Notes: a model not told the origin generated them from the letters alone. DNA of 64,000 nucleotides from an uncultured virus (IMG/VR IMGVR_UViG_3300047319_000709) (IMGVR_UViG_3300047319_000709), one strand, 5' to 3'; positions 1-9,399 are shown, counted from the stretch's first letter. Translations and numbers: made by a program.

Positions 1-189
1 CACCGCCTCTTGCTTGTCGATAGCGGCAGGCTGGCGGGCGAGCAACGCGCGGGCGAACAGAAGAAGGTTGCGCTCAGAGAATAGGCGTCGCCCGCTCATG
101 GCGCGGCCAGAATCGTTGTCGTCGGCAATGGCGAAAATCTCTTCATCAGTCAGCATATCTGCTCCGAGCTTGCTGGTAGTGGCGGTCAT
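1..189 (-). CDS. hypothetical protein, 3' end outside window (MTATTSKLGADMLTDEEIF...)
   Basis: ATG at 189 overlaps the TGA of the upstream gene (ATGA coupling); frame open to the window edge. Confidence 0.6.
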   Translation of the reverse strand, partial: MTATTSKLGADMLTDEEIFAIADDNDSGRAMSGRRLFSERNLLLFARALLARQPAAIDKQEAV

Positions 190-509
190 GCCGGCCTCCG
201 CGAATGCCAAGCCGTCGTTTCGGGCGTCATGATCGAGAACGAATGCTGGCAGCAGCGCTCCATGATCTTCATCGCCAAATCCTCTGCATTAGCCCGAATC
301 TCAGTCGGCTCAGATGGGAAACGCGGATAGTTAATCAGTCCGATCACAGCGCCGGATTCTTCGCCACCCGTATAGATGTAGGTCGTCGGCTCGACGGTGA
401 CGCACAGGCCGATTTCCATACAATGTTCACGACAAACCTGCTTGATGGTTTGGAAGTCGCCAGCGATGTAGATACGAGCGAAGTAGGTTGGGCATTGTTC
501 GATTTTCAT
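186..509 (-). CDS. hypothetical phage protein
   Basis: Start MKIEQ at 509 is coupled to the stop of the PAPS reductase gene. Confidence 0.7.
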   Translation of the reverse strand: MKIEQCPTYFARIYIAGDFQTIKQVCREHCMEIGLCVTVEPTTYIYTGGEESGAVIGLINYPRFPSEPTEIRANAEDLAMKIMERCCQHSFSIMTPETTAWHSRRPA

Positions 510-1483
510 TCGCAGAGTCCGTAGATAGATGTGCAGAGAGGTGCATCGGCTTGCTCGCCGTCCACACGGAACATGTCGTACTGGCGGCCGCCGCGGCCTG
601 TCTTCGCCCATTCGATCGCTTGCCATACGCCGTGCGTCGCAAGCGAAATGTCGGCGCTGTCCGAGGTTTGCTGCGGGCCAGCCAATTGCGCCGTCGCGAA
701 GAAGGTCGCCATATCTCGCTTGCTGGCCTCGCCGACGATAAATTCCCACTCAGCAACGCGGTCAATCTCTTCGGGAAAACGCAGGCCGATCTCAAGTAGT
801 TCGTCCTTGCGTGCATGGATACACGGCATGCAGCCGACACGGCCCATCCCCTGCTGATAGAGCGGATTCGGCTTGATGCCGTGCTTACGGTGCATGGCGA
901 ATACGTCATCAACCGTCCATTGAAGGATCGGGCGAAAGTTCCAAAGCTCAGCGCCGGTGTGGGCGTCGATTTCCTTGCACTCGTTTTCCGGCAGATTGCG
1001 GCGATTCTCGCTCTCGTCGGCCCGCACGCCCTGCCAGCTAATGACGTCGGCTCCCGAATCCAGTAGCGGGCGCTGAACCTGCGCGATGATCGGATTGCGC
1101 TTCAGTTCTTCAGAGCAGAAACGGGCTTTCGTCGAAGGGAATCGACCTTTCCAGATGCACAGGTCGAGAAACGGATTGCCGGTCGGCTTCATAACCGCCA
1201 GCGCGCGCAGCACCTTCTCTTCTGCGATACCCTGCTCACGCCACTTCTCGGCGATGAATGCCGCTTTGGCCTCAATCCGGCGCGAGAAGTCAGCCTTGAT
1301 CGTTCGAATTGGGAATACGTTGTCATTCAGGTATTGAACGTATTCGATCGTCTGCGGATGTTCATGCCCGGTGTCAGCGAAGACGGCCGATAGATTTTCG
1401 GCTCCGCGCTCGATCGCGAGCAGCAGCAACGCCGTTGAGTCCTTTCCGCCAGACACGGAAACGATGTTGTGCTCGGCGCTCAC
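506..1483 (-). CDS. phosphoadenosine phosphosulfate (PAPS) reductase family protein (PP-loop, DndC-like)
   Basis: SVSGGKDS PP-loop, ADTG, RFCSEELK, GVRADES, RVGCMPC motifs. Confidence 0.9.
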   Translation of the reverse strand: MSAEHNIVSVSGGKDSTALLLLAIERGAENLSAVFADTGHEHPQTIEYVQYLNDNVFPIRTIKADFSRRIEAKAAFIAEKWREQGIAEEKVLRALAVMKPTGNPFLDLCIWKGRFPSTKARFCSEELKRNPIIAQVQRPLLDSGADVISWQGVRADESENRRNLPENECKEIDAHTGAELWNFRPILQWTVDDVFAMHRKHGIKPNPLYQQGMGRVGCMPCIHARKDELLEIGLRFPEEIDRVAEWEFIVGEASKRDMATFFATAQLAGPQQTSDSADISLATHGVWQAIEWAKTGRGGRQYDMFRVDGEQADAPLCTSIYGLCE

Positions 1484-1547
1484 AAATCGCCCTCCTGTTC
1501 CCCGTTAGCTGCGCCTGTATTCATGGTGGTCATAATTGGTCTCGGGA

Positions 1548-1973
1548 TTAGGCGGCGAACAGGTCGCCAATTGCTTTTCGAGCGCGGCGCGTCTGTTTTG
1601 CGGTTTCGGCGTGGTGCTCTGCGTCATATGCAAGGTGGCAGCGCTGGCAAAGCGCCTTCAGGTTGCTGTCGTCGCAGTTCTCAGGCACGTGGTCCATGTG
1701 AGCAATCGTCAGTACGACGCGGGTCCACTTATTGCCGCAGTATTCCGACGCCTTGCAGCGTCCGAGCAAGCGCCCGTCGTCAGCCGCATAGACCTCGCCG
1801 TTGCCATCGAATCGCTGAAACGTGCCGGCGTCCTTGTCGATGCCGCGAATGATCATGTCTCCGTTTGGAACATGGCACTGCTCGCAGCAGTCGCCAGCAC
1901 GTGCCAGGATGCGAGCGCGGATCTCTTTCCAGTTCGCCGGATACCGGCCGCGGTTCTCGGGCTTAATCGGCAT
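1548..1973 (-). CDS. HNH-family protein
   Basis: CEQC...LTIAHMDH...NLKALCQRCH pattern. Confidence 0.75.
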   Translation of the reverse strand: MPIKPENRGRYPANWKEIRARILARAGDCCEQCHVPNGDMIIRGIDKDAGTFQRFDGNGEVYAADDGRLLGRCKASEYCGNKWTRVVLTIAHMDHVPENCDDSNLKALCQRCHLAYDAEHHAETAKQTRRARKAIGDLFAA

Positions 1974-2091
1974 ACTCGCCTCAATAGAATGGTTTCAGGT
2001 TTATTCGAAAAAGAGCGGCCGACCTGCACCGCTAAGCACGCCCCATGGACCGGGGACCGACAAGCCCATGGATTTACGAGAGGGGCACTTT

Positions 2092-2424
2092 CTAGGCCGC
2101 CGGCTTCCTCACCAGCCGGTAACCGAGCTTGTTGGCGGCGCTTTTGAGCAGGCGCAACACGTCGCCGGTTTCATCGGTCCCGCGCGTCCACGGCTGGGCG
2201 TCGATGTGCTTGAACGCCGTGTAGCCGTCGAGCATGGCTAGAGTTTGGTTGTCAGCGTGACAGCACTCGACAACCTGTCCATAGCCGCCTACCGACGCCA
2301 TGTCTTTTCGCTCGCGGGAGTTTGCGTAGCTCATCGCCCGGCTAATCTTGCGACCGAGTTCCGGGTCGTTCTCCCACTGATACGCCATGTCATTGCTGAG
2401 CATTACGACTGTTCGGTATCCCAT
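2092..2424 (-). CDS. hypothetical protein
   Basis: ORF in the leftward operon; GAGG upstream of ATG 2424. Confidence 0.65.
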   Translation of the reverse strand: MGYRTVVMLSNDMAYQWENDPELGRKISRAMSYANSRERKDMASVGGYGQVVECCHADNQTLAMLDGYTAFKHIDAQPWTRGTDETGDVLRLLKSAANKLGYRLVRKPAA

Positions 2425-2432
2425 TGCGCACC

Positions 2433-2717
2433 TCAGACGAACATCGCCAGGCAATCAAGCCCGGCGTCGTAACGGATGCCGCACCGCGCAAGGTCGCGCA
2501 CCTGATCGTCAGTAATGACTGTCATCAGTTCATCAATGTCAATGTCGAGAAATATTTCATCGTGCTCGGCTGCGCTCACCATGTCGCGGTTGTGCGGCTG
2601 CAACTGGTTTAGCAGGATGAACGCATGCAGATCTGGGCGACTGCTTAACTTGATTTCGATGCAATCGAAATTGCCGTACTCGTCTTCGTGCTTTTCGAAC
2701 AGTTCGTGAAGGCTCAT
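2433..2717 (-). CDS. hypothetical protein
   Basis: Acidic 94-aa ORF with GAGG RBS. Confidence 0.7.
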   Translation of the reverse strand: MSLHELFEKHEDEYGNFDCIEIKLSSRPDLHAFILLNQLQPHNRDMVSAAEHDEIFLDIDIDELMTVITDDQVRDLARCGIRYDAGLDCLAMFV

Positions 2718-2819
2718 CGTTACCTCTGAATGATGTTTGGGCGCACCACGTCGCCAATCTGCGGGAGATTCGCGCCGGGTGTTCCGGCTTCATCCCATGG
2801 GCGAGTGGTGCGTGGAGGG

Positions 2820-4430
2820 TTAAGCGGCTTGCTTATGCAGTGCCGCTTCAATGTGGCGCATCAGTGCAGCGCAGATCGGCTCGAAATCCGACTCGTGATA
2901 GAGCTTCGCGGCCTTGTCAGTTGCGGCATGTTTGAAACCCAGCGTTGCCAGGCCTTCAGCCGTCAGTGCGATCGGCGCGAGCCTTTCGTTGATTTGGCCC
3001 AAGCGCAGCGTCGGAGGGCTCGTCGGGGCGACGCGAGGTGCCGGACGTGCAATCTGCGGAATGTTCAGCTCGCGCGGCTGCTCGACAGCCTTCGACGATG
3101 CCTGTGCTGCCTGCACTGCGGCTTGCGCTGCCTTCTCCGCTTCAGCCTGCTTGTGCTGCTCGATCCGCGTCGTGACGGCCAACTGGAAGTCTTCAGTCGG
3201 CTTCTGGATCAGCGTCTGCAGATCGCGGAACAGAAATGCATGCTCGCCGTGCGGCTTGTACCGGTCCAGCTTAGCGCGCAGATCCTTCGCTGCCGCATCC
3301 GCCGCGATCTTGCCGTTAGCCAACGCCGTGTCGAGCTTGTCGTATAGGCTGGCGATCGTCTTCAGGCCTTTGATCGCGCCAACAAAGTCGGGCGCCGGCA
3401 CAACGATGCTGACGTCGCCCAGTTCGGCATTCAGCGCCGCGACGTGATCCGCGTACTTCTGGCGACGTTCGGCGACGGCGTTTTCCTTGATCTGCTTCTT
3501 CCGCTGCTCGACCAAGCTGTTCAACGCGAGACGCTTCACCCGCAACTGTTCCCGGATATGATCGACCGTGCGCATCAGTTCGTCGATGCTGGCCGTCTGC
3601 GCAATGGCTGCATTCTTGGCGACTTCGAGATTGTCCTCGGCTTCCTTGCAGAATTTGACCGTCGCGTCGGCCTGAACAAAATCCTCGTCGGTCTTCAGGT
3701 CGGTCTTGATGTTCGCAATGAAAGTCTCAGCCGCAGACCGGAACGCCGGCAGGTTGCTCGCGATGACTTCGCCGCGGATCTGTACGGCGAGCGCCGGGAG
3801 AGCCATGATTGCTTCGGCCTTGGGCTTCTCGGGGATTGCGGCGGGAACGTATTCGGCCAAATCCTTTTCGAACTGCGCCCAGGCGTCGATAACTTGCTGG
3901 CGCAACTCCGGGTCCGACTCATACCAGAAGTGCATCTCCTCCAGCAGGTTGCCGTCAGCGTCCCATCGCGTCGCCTGGAAAAGCGTTCGCGTCGCGCCAG
4001 ATACTTCGGACTGGTGTTCCATCTGGACGCGGTAGTAGATCGGGAGTTCGGCGGCGCACGTAGCCGCCCGAATCTCATCATTCAGGGACTTGTGCTCCCA
4101 CTGGACATCTTCGCCCATCGTCAAGCCGTCCAGCGACGCGGCCATCTTGCCGCGCGTCACTGAAGCGGGATATAGATCGGTGCCGATGATTTCCTCGGCG
4201 AGGGGCCGCGCCAAAGCCTCAAATCGATGCCCGTCGTCGAACAGGCGCTGCGTGTGCTGGTCTACTTCCGGCGCGATGCCAGTGGCTTTCTCATGCAGCA
4301 ACTCGGAGCGCTTTTTGTACGGCGACACGCCCATCATTGCTGGTGCATCACTCGCGTTCCAATAGTTCGCTCGATGGGCCAACCAGGCCGCGCTTCCCTG
4401 TTCCAGGGAGTGAATTACTCGTTCACTCAT
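2820..4430 (-). CDS. YqaJ/lambda-exonuclease-family recombination nuclease with long coiled-coil C-terminus
   Basis: QGSAAWLAHR, ASDAP, GHRFE, ASLDGL, EHK, YYRVQMEHQ motifs. Confidence 0.9.
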   Translation of the reverse strand: MSERVIHSLEQGSAAWLAHRANYWNASDAPAMMGVSPYKKRSELLHEKATGIAPEVDQHTQRLFDDGHRFEALARPLAEEIIGTDLYPASVTRGKMAASLDGLTMGEDVQWEHKSLNDEIRAATCAAELPIYYRVQMEHQSEVSGATRTLFQATRWDADGNLLEEMHFWYESDPELRQQVIDAWAQFEKDLAEYVPAAIPEKPKAEAIMALPALAVQIRGEVIASNLPAFRSAAETFIANIKTDLKTDEDFVQADATVKFCKEAEDNLEVAKNAAIAQTASIDELMRTVDHIREQLRVKRLALNSLVEQRKKQIKENAVAERRQKYADHVAALNAELGDVSIVVPAPDFVGAIKGLKTIASLYDKLDTALANGKIAADAAAKDLRAKLDRYKPHGEHAFLFRDLQTLIQKPTEDFQLAVTTRIEQHKQAEAEKAAQAAVQAAQASSKAVEQPRELNIPQIARPAPRVAPTSPPTLRLGQINERLAPIALTAEGLATLGFKHAATDKAAKLYHESDFEPICAALMRHIEAALHKQAA

Positions 4431-5481
4431 CTTCGTGGCTCCATGCGTCGATCGTGAGCTTTTGGTCTTCGCTCAGCTTGGTTTTCGTTTCGATCATGGC
4501 CACCAAGTCATTCACCGACTTTTTGCGCTCCATGATCAACTTGCGCCACTCTGGCGTCTTTTCTTTGAAATGCTCGTCGGTGCAGACCGGGAGAACCTTG
4601 GCGGCCGGTTTTGCTCCATCCTTCGAGGCATCGTCGCCGCCCTGCTCCGCCTTGTTCTCCATAACCTGCTTCCACGTCGCCTCTCCGTCTTTGATAGCGC
4701 CGTAGATGCCGCGCAGATCCACCAGTTCGTGCGGCGAGCACATATCAAGCGTGTGGCCCAGGTACTTCGTCAGCTCCTCGACCTTCACGCCGATTTCGGC
4801 GAAGGCATCGGCGATGCGCTTACGCTCCGCGCCGGGGTCACGCGCGGCCTCGTTCATGCGAACGGCCTTGATGATTTCCTCGGCCTCGTCCTGCAGATCA
4901 CCGGGGATGATCCGCAGACCTAGCGTCCGTACTGCCTTCGAGATCAACGCGCCGCGCTTGTTGAGCAAGTCGTCATCGTTGGCGGGGACGGTGTAGACCA
5001 TCTTTCCGTAGCTGTTCTTGCGGACCGAGATATACGAACCGTCGTCGGCCGGCTTCGAGCGCTCGACCGTCTTCGATACCCGCACATCCAGCGGATAGGT
5101 CAGATTGGATTCGAGGTCAGTCACACTGACGCAATGGATCTCCTTGGCGTCGTCCTCGAAGGTCATGGACGTCTCGACAAGCACGTTCTTCATGCAACGC
5201 AATGCGACTTCCACGAAACGAATCCCGAGGCCCTCTACACCCTGACCAATCGGCTTGCGGTAGTACGCGCTCTTGTTGTGCGCGAAGGATGGGCGCTTGC
5301 ACTCGCTCATCAAGTCCTGCCGCACCTGATCCCAGTTCCGCGGCTGCCGCATCGCCATCACGTACCGGGCTTCGACCATCGCTTTAGCCTTAGCCGCGAT
5401 GGCGGTCGAAGCGGTTTCGACTAGCGCGTTGGTTGTTTCCTGAGCGCCGAACTCCTGGCGCACTGTCAATGCTGTGCTCAT
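4423..5481 (-). CDS. putative ssDNA-annealing recombinase, partner of YqaJ
   Basis: Directly upstream of and overlapping the YqaJ gene; function inferred from synteny. Confidence 0.55.
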   Translation of the reverse strand: MSTALTVRQEFGAQETTNALVETASTAIAAKAKAMVEARYVMAMRQPRNWDQVRQDLMSECKRPSFAHNKSAYYRKPIGQGVEGLGIRFVEVALRCMKNVLVETSMTFEDDAKEIHCVSVTDLESNLTYPLDVRVSKTVERSKPADDGSYISVRKNSYGKMVYTVPANDDDLLNKRGALISKAVRTLGLRIIPGDLQDEAEEIIKAVRMNEAARDPGAERKRIADAFAEIGVKVEELTKYLGHTLDMCSPHELVDLRGIYGAIKDGEATWKQVMENKAEQGGDDASKDGAKPAAKVLPVCTDEHFKEKTPEWRKLIMERKKSVNDLVAMIETKTKLSEDQKLTIDAWSHEDE

Positions 5482-5675
5482 GCCAATTCCTTAGATTGTT
5501 GTTCCTTCCACTGCTGAAACCTCGCCTCGTACACTTCGAAATACCCGGCGAACGTTTCGCGCAGCTTTGCTTTGTTGACTGGATCGGCCATCAGATAGCA
5601 ATGGGCGAGTGATTGAACAAATGCGCCGCCCTGCTTCTCCATGACGTGGAGGGCGTTGTCGTAGAAGTCAGTCAT
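5478..5675 (-). CDS. hypothetical protein
   Basis: MTDFYDNAL..., stop overlaps the next start. Confidence 0.6.
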   Translation of the reverse strand: MTDFYDNALHVMEKQGGAFVQSLAHCYLMADPVNKAKLRETFAGYFEVYEARFQQWKEQQSKELA

Positions 5676-5851
5676 AACTCCTCCCCACACTCGGAGCAGC
5701 AGTCCCGCTCGTCTCGATGGACGCCGCGCGGATGCCCGTCGTCGATTCCGAAATCCTGCGTGATGACCACGGCATCCTTGCCGCAGTGGTGGCAGACGAT
5801 TGCGACTCGGTTGTCGTCCAAGTCCATGTAATCGGGTTGGTGATCGCTCAT
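5672..5851 (-). CDS. small CxxC-containing hypothetical protein
   Basis: 59-aa ORF read by eye (CHHC...CSEC), coupled at both ends. Confidence 0.5.
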   Translation of the reverse strand: MSDHQPDYMDLDDNRVAIVCHHCGKDAVVITQDFGIDDGHPRGVHRDERDCCSECGEEL

Positions 5852-6036
5852 GCCGCACCCCGAATCGTTCCCATCTGCACAAACTGGCGAGCGACGCTCG
5901 GCGGAATGTAGGCGACGGAGATACGCACACGCGGCGTCAGGCGAGCGCGCTGCTCAAGCCATTTGCGCCGTTGCTCTCGATTTAGATGCGACCCGTACTG
6001 GCGAAGCGACTTGCGGAGAGAGAAAAGCTGTTTCAT
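5848..6036 (-). CDS. hypothetical protein
   Basis: MKQLFSLRK..., coupled start and stop. Confidence 0.55.
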   Translation of the reverse strand: MKQLFSLRKSLRQYGSHLNREQRRKWLEQRARLTPRVRISVAYIPPSVARQFVQMGTIRGAA

Positions 6037-6248
6037 CAGAGCCCCCTGAAGACCATCACAACGAGCACCGCGACGATCCCGAAGCAAGCCGCGCCAGCGA
6101 GGAGTTCATGAGCGAATGCGGTCGCGGCCAATAAATCGTTATCGTTCGCAGCGCGGCGAAGGCCTTCGTCCGAAAGGCGCTTGCGTCCCGCATCCGAGAT
6201 ATGGACGACAACACCCTCGCTGTCGTCTACGAGTTCCCATGTGGTCAT
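6036..6248 (-). CDS. small membrane protein
   Basis: C-terminal hydrophobic helix; GGAG RBS. Confidence 0.55.
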   Translation of the reverse strand: MTTWELVDDSEGVVVHISDAGRKRLSDEGLRRAANDNDLLAATAFAHELLAGAACFGIVAVLVVMVFRGL

Positions 6249-6256
6249 GTCGGCTC

Positions 6257-6580
6257 CTATCGCGATACTTCGATGGTCGCGTCTGGATGGGCGATGCATG
6301 CCTCCAGATACTTCGCGATCCACGGAAGAAAGTGTTCGTACAGGCCCCATCCATTAGGGGCATTGAATTGCTCGTAGTGCGTAGGGCGACGAACCATGTC
6401 AGCGAGCCCAATCGTCAGCGGCTCTACCAATTCGGCCGCCTTCGTGACGCCGATTTCCTCCGGCCTCCACAGATGCTGATAGATGCCAGCCTCGCGTGCC
6501 ATCGCTCCAAGGTTGTGCGTGATGTTTGCGTCGAACACGGAGCCCATCTCCGCATCGTTCAGATAGACGTCCAGACTCAT
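6257..6580 (-). CDS. conserved phage hypothetical protein
   Basis: NITHNL...NGWG motifs common in phage early regions. Confidence 0.75.
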   Translation of the reverse strand: MSLDVYLNDAEMGSVFDANITHNLGAMAREAGIYQHLWRPEEIGVTKAAELVEPLTIGLADMVRRPTHYEQFNAPNGWGLYEHFLPWIAKYLEACIAHPDATIEVSR

Positions 6581-6789
6581 CGCCCCACCTCCACTTCATC
6601 CCAGATGCGAACGTGGCGCATGGGCATCGAATACCGCCTAACTGCCGTCGCCAGATCGTCGTCCTTGTTGTGCTTCCAGTCGCTGAAGCCCGCTTCCCAG
6701 TCTTCGTCGGGGGAATATTCGGGTTCGTCGTCATCCGGCTCTTGCGGCGAGATTTGCCGGTAGACCTCGGCATTGAAGTGTTTTCCCAT
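6577..6789 (-). CDS. hypothetical acidic protein
   Basis: GGAG RBS before ATG 6789; stop overlaps the next start. Confidence 0.6.
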   Translation of the reverse strand: MGKHFNAEVYRQISPQEPDDDEPEYSPDEDWEAGFSDWKHNKDDDLATAVRRYSMPMRHVRIWDEVEVGR

Positions 6790-7237
6790 GGCTATCTCCA
6801 GAGGACTGCTATGTGATTGGGTGTAAGCCCTGACGGGTGACGACTGATGCGATTTCCCTCCGCTGAGCGGATTAGCCGGACCGCCGTCCAAGCACTTCGC
6901 AGTCGTCACACATCAGGGCGCCAGGCTTCCCACCTGACTTGACGCTGTTCGAGCCGCGCTGGCTTCTCTTGAATCAATCCATCGGCCCAAGCAGCTTCTG
7001 CATGAAATGCGAAAACGCCGCCTCATCCCTCTCCCGCTGCTGCCGCATCTGCTCATCGACCCATGCGCGGGTGAATTCAACCCACTCGTCAAGTGCGGTT
7101 TTCATTGCTCACACTCCCTGTGTTGGATTTCGGTGCTGTCCTGACCGGTCGCGCCGCGGATGAACGCCAGAGCGAATAACGCTGCAATTGACCAGACACA
7201 TAGGCCGGCGGCGATTAGCGTGTTTGTCATGTGTACC

Positions 7238-7444
7238 TCAGCAATAGGTCACGTTGAATTCCGCTGCTGCCTCGCGCTTCGCAGCTTCAAAGCAAGGCAG
7301 ACACGATTTCAGACTGATCTCGAACGTCGGCCAGTAACTCTTGTGCTCGCGCTTCTCGACGCCCTCTTTCAGCGTGTTGCAGCGGTCGCAGTGCTCGACT
7401 ACTCGCACCGTCATCGCGCGATTTCTCCAGGCGTCAGTGTTCAC
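7238..7444 (-). CDS. small zinc-finger-like protein
   Basis: CDRC...CLPC; AGGAG RBS. Confidence 0.55.
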   Translation of the reverse strand: MNTDAWRNRAMTVRVVEHCDRCNTLKEGVEKREHKSYWPTFEISLKSCLPCFEAAKREAAAEFNVTYC

Positions 7445-7567
7445 GCTGAACTCCTTCGGCGATCAGGTCTGCCGCGATACACAGCAACAGATGAGCGATC
7501 AATGAGCCGCCAGCTAGTCTTGCTAGGCGCTGCAACTCGAAAAGTGAGGAGGCTTCGGCGCTCATGG

Positions 7568-7756
7568 CTAGACCTCGTCCGCGTCTATTGCCGCGAGAAG
7601 GTCGCGGTCATCCTCAGTCATCTCGACATCGCTGCTGCCTTTGCGCATGACGGCTATTCCAGCCATGGCCGCAGAGTGTGAGGTGAAATTGCCCAACCAC
7701 TTATCGCCCGCGTACATGCGACCGTCGATTACCATCAGGTTCTGATGCCAGTTCAT
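7568..7756 (-). CDS. hypothetical protein
   Basis: ORF coupled to the upstream gene. Confidence 0.55.
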   Translation of the reverse strand: MNWHQNLMVIDGRMYAGDKWLGNFTSHSAAMAGIAVMRKGSSDVEMTEDDRDLLAAIDADEV

Positions 7757-8019
7757 GATTGGCTCCGGGCTTTGAGCATGGCATCGGCCACCTTGTACGC
7801 ATGAAGCGCTAAACGGTCGTACATCGCCTGGATGTCGTGCAATTCGTTCTGCTTCAGTACAACGGCCTGCATCGCCTTCGCGGCGAAGTAGTCGCGCAGC
7901 GTCATTCCGAGCGTCGCGAAGTCGTCGTTGCCAAACTGGTGCGGCATAAGTTCGCCAGTGGTTCGGTTGATCGTTGCGTTGCCCGGAAACGCTGGCCCAC
8001 CGTCTTTGATCTCGCTCAT
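7753..8019 (-). CDS. conserved phage protein (GGPAFP / GMTLRDYFAAKAM family)
   Basis: Recognisable motif pair; GGAG RBS. Confidence 0.75.
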   Translation of the reverse strand: MSEIKDGGPAFPGNATINRTTGELMPHQFGNDDFATLGMTLRDYFAAKAMQAVVLKQNELHDIQAMYDRLALHAYKVADAMLKARSQS

Positions 8020-8051
8020 GATTCGCTCCATTGAGCTAAGTTGTCCTAATT

Positions 8052-9110
8052 CAACAGCGCTGAGCGGTACAGACTGGATCAATCTGTACGACTCAGTGCG
8101 CTATGTTGCAGCTCTCAGGTCGTGGCGACTGTTGCTTCCGCTCTGGCATCCAGTCCCTGCGGCGTCAGGATGTAGTCGGCAATCGCCACGCCTCAAAACT
8201 GCCGAGGGGCCGGTTTTGCTATGACCACTTCCCCGCTATCCAGCCGGCCAAAGCTCGCAGGTGTAGGCTGTCATCGACTCGCCCATGCGCCGGCAGCCAG
8301 GTGCAAGGGGTCATAGTCCGCTCTCACGGGGGGTATGCAGTGCCGCTAACGGCGGCAAGTCGAATGGCTCTTTCGATAACGGACCATTACGCCGGACGGA
8401 GCTAAGTGCCTACTAGACGTACGTCGTTCGCCTTTATTACTGGTGGCACCTTCAGTTCCTGCCTTACCCGGTTAGCAGGACATCCACACGCTTTCACGCT
8501 CGGGGAGGACAATTCAGCACTCAAGAGAACGCACTACGCTATGCATGGAAGCTCTCTACTGGTGTTTCCGGAATCTTTAAACCGCGCCGCAGATATACCG
8601 CAACGGGGTACAGGGATATGATCTATGCGCTATCAGGCGCCGTCTCACCGAGTCATCCGGCCTTACGCCGAGTTACTTTGCAGGGAATGCAATGCGTTCG
8701 CCTCAGTACTGCAGTGCTTCGTGAATGACGCTGCAGACCGGCCTGTGTTTCCGGTCGGCTATGGGCGGACCTAAATGCCGAGGCATCGCCGTTTCCATGT
8801 CTGCCAGCGCACGTCACCAGCTCACTAAAGAGCCGCGCAACGCCATTCACGAAAAACTGCATGCCGCACCACTCCGGCTACTCCCAGCTATGCTGGCTCC
8901 GGCTAAGGTGCGGCGGTTATCAATCCCTCAAGTGTTCTTTAGCGCCATCTGGGCGCCAGGCACTTGAGAAATAGGCGCCGATCTTTTCCGGGGTAGCGCG
9001 TTGGCCCCGCCATTACTGGTATGCCTTCTATTGCAGTGGTTCGAATGTGATCAAGGGCTGGCACCGACTCGGGACGCCGTTCATTCCCGACATTCTTCTG
9101 GCGGCCTACC
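8052..9110 (-). ncRNA. candidate structured non-coding leader of the pL transcript (series of stem-closed domains)
   Basis: No credible ORF; many abutting inverted repeats (see findings). Confidence 0.5.
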
Positions 9111-9246
9111 AGCATGGTGTACGTCACTTGGCGTCTACTTGGTACGGACCCTATCCGCTCGAATGACCTCACAGCGCGCATTTCTGCGGCTGCTTTCGAC
9201 GTTGCTGACATCAGCGCCAGCACTGATCAAACTCAAACCATCTGCG

Positions 9247-9282
9247 TTGTTAAAGATCGCAATCCGCTGTCACCGGATCGTC
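9247..9282 (-). promoter_or_regulatory. boxA-like antitermination signal (CGATCTTTAACAA) preceded by a hairpin
   Basis: Close to the rrn/nut boxA consensus GCTCTTTAACAA; hairpin CGATCCG-GTGACAG-CGGATTG directly 5' of it; lies just downstream of pL. Confidence 0.6.
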
Positions 9283-9316
9283 GCGCCGTTGCGCTGTGTT
9301 GCTTGGTATGGAGAGA

Positions 9317-9346
9317 ATAGTACACGCCATGTGAGTTTGGTGTCAA
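9317..9346 (-). promoter_or_regulatory. pL promoter with operator OL
   Basis: TTGACA-18-TACTAT on the minus strand; 18-bp TACACGCCATGTGAGTTT (9321-9338) matches the OR site at 17/18. Confidence 0.75.
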
Positions 9347-9399
9347 ACATTTTGTGAGTTTTGTGTGTAGTGGTTTGTGAGTAGGCGTTGTGCAGACGC

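Noticed and set aside
506..1483. Dnd/Ssp phosphorothioation system
   Set aside because: No desulfurase, DndD/DndE or Ssp partners in the window
8103..9357. Short ORFs on both strands in the pL leader
   Set aside because: Poor RBS, atypical composition and mutual overlap; base-pairing explains the region better, though micro-peptides cannot be excluded
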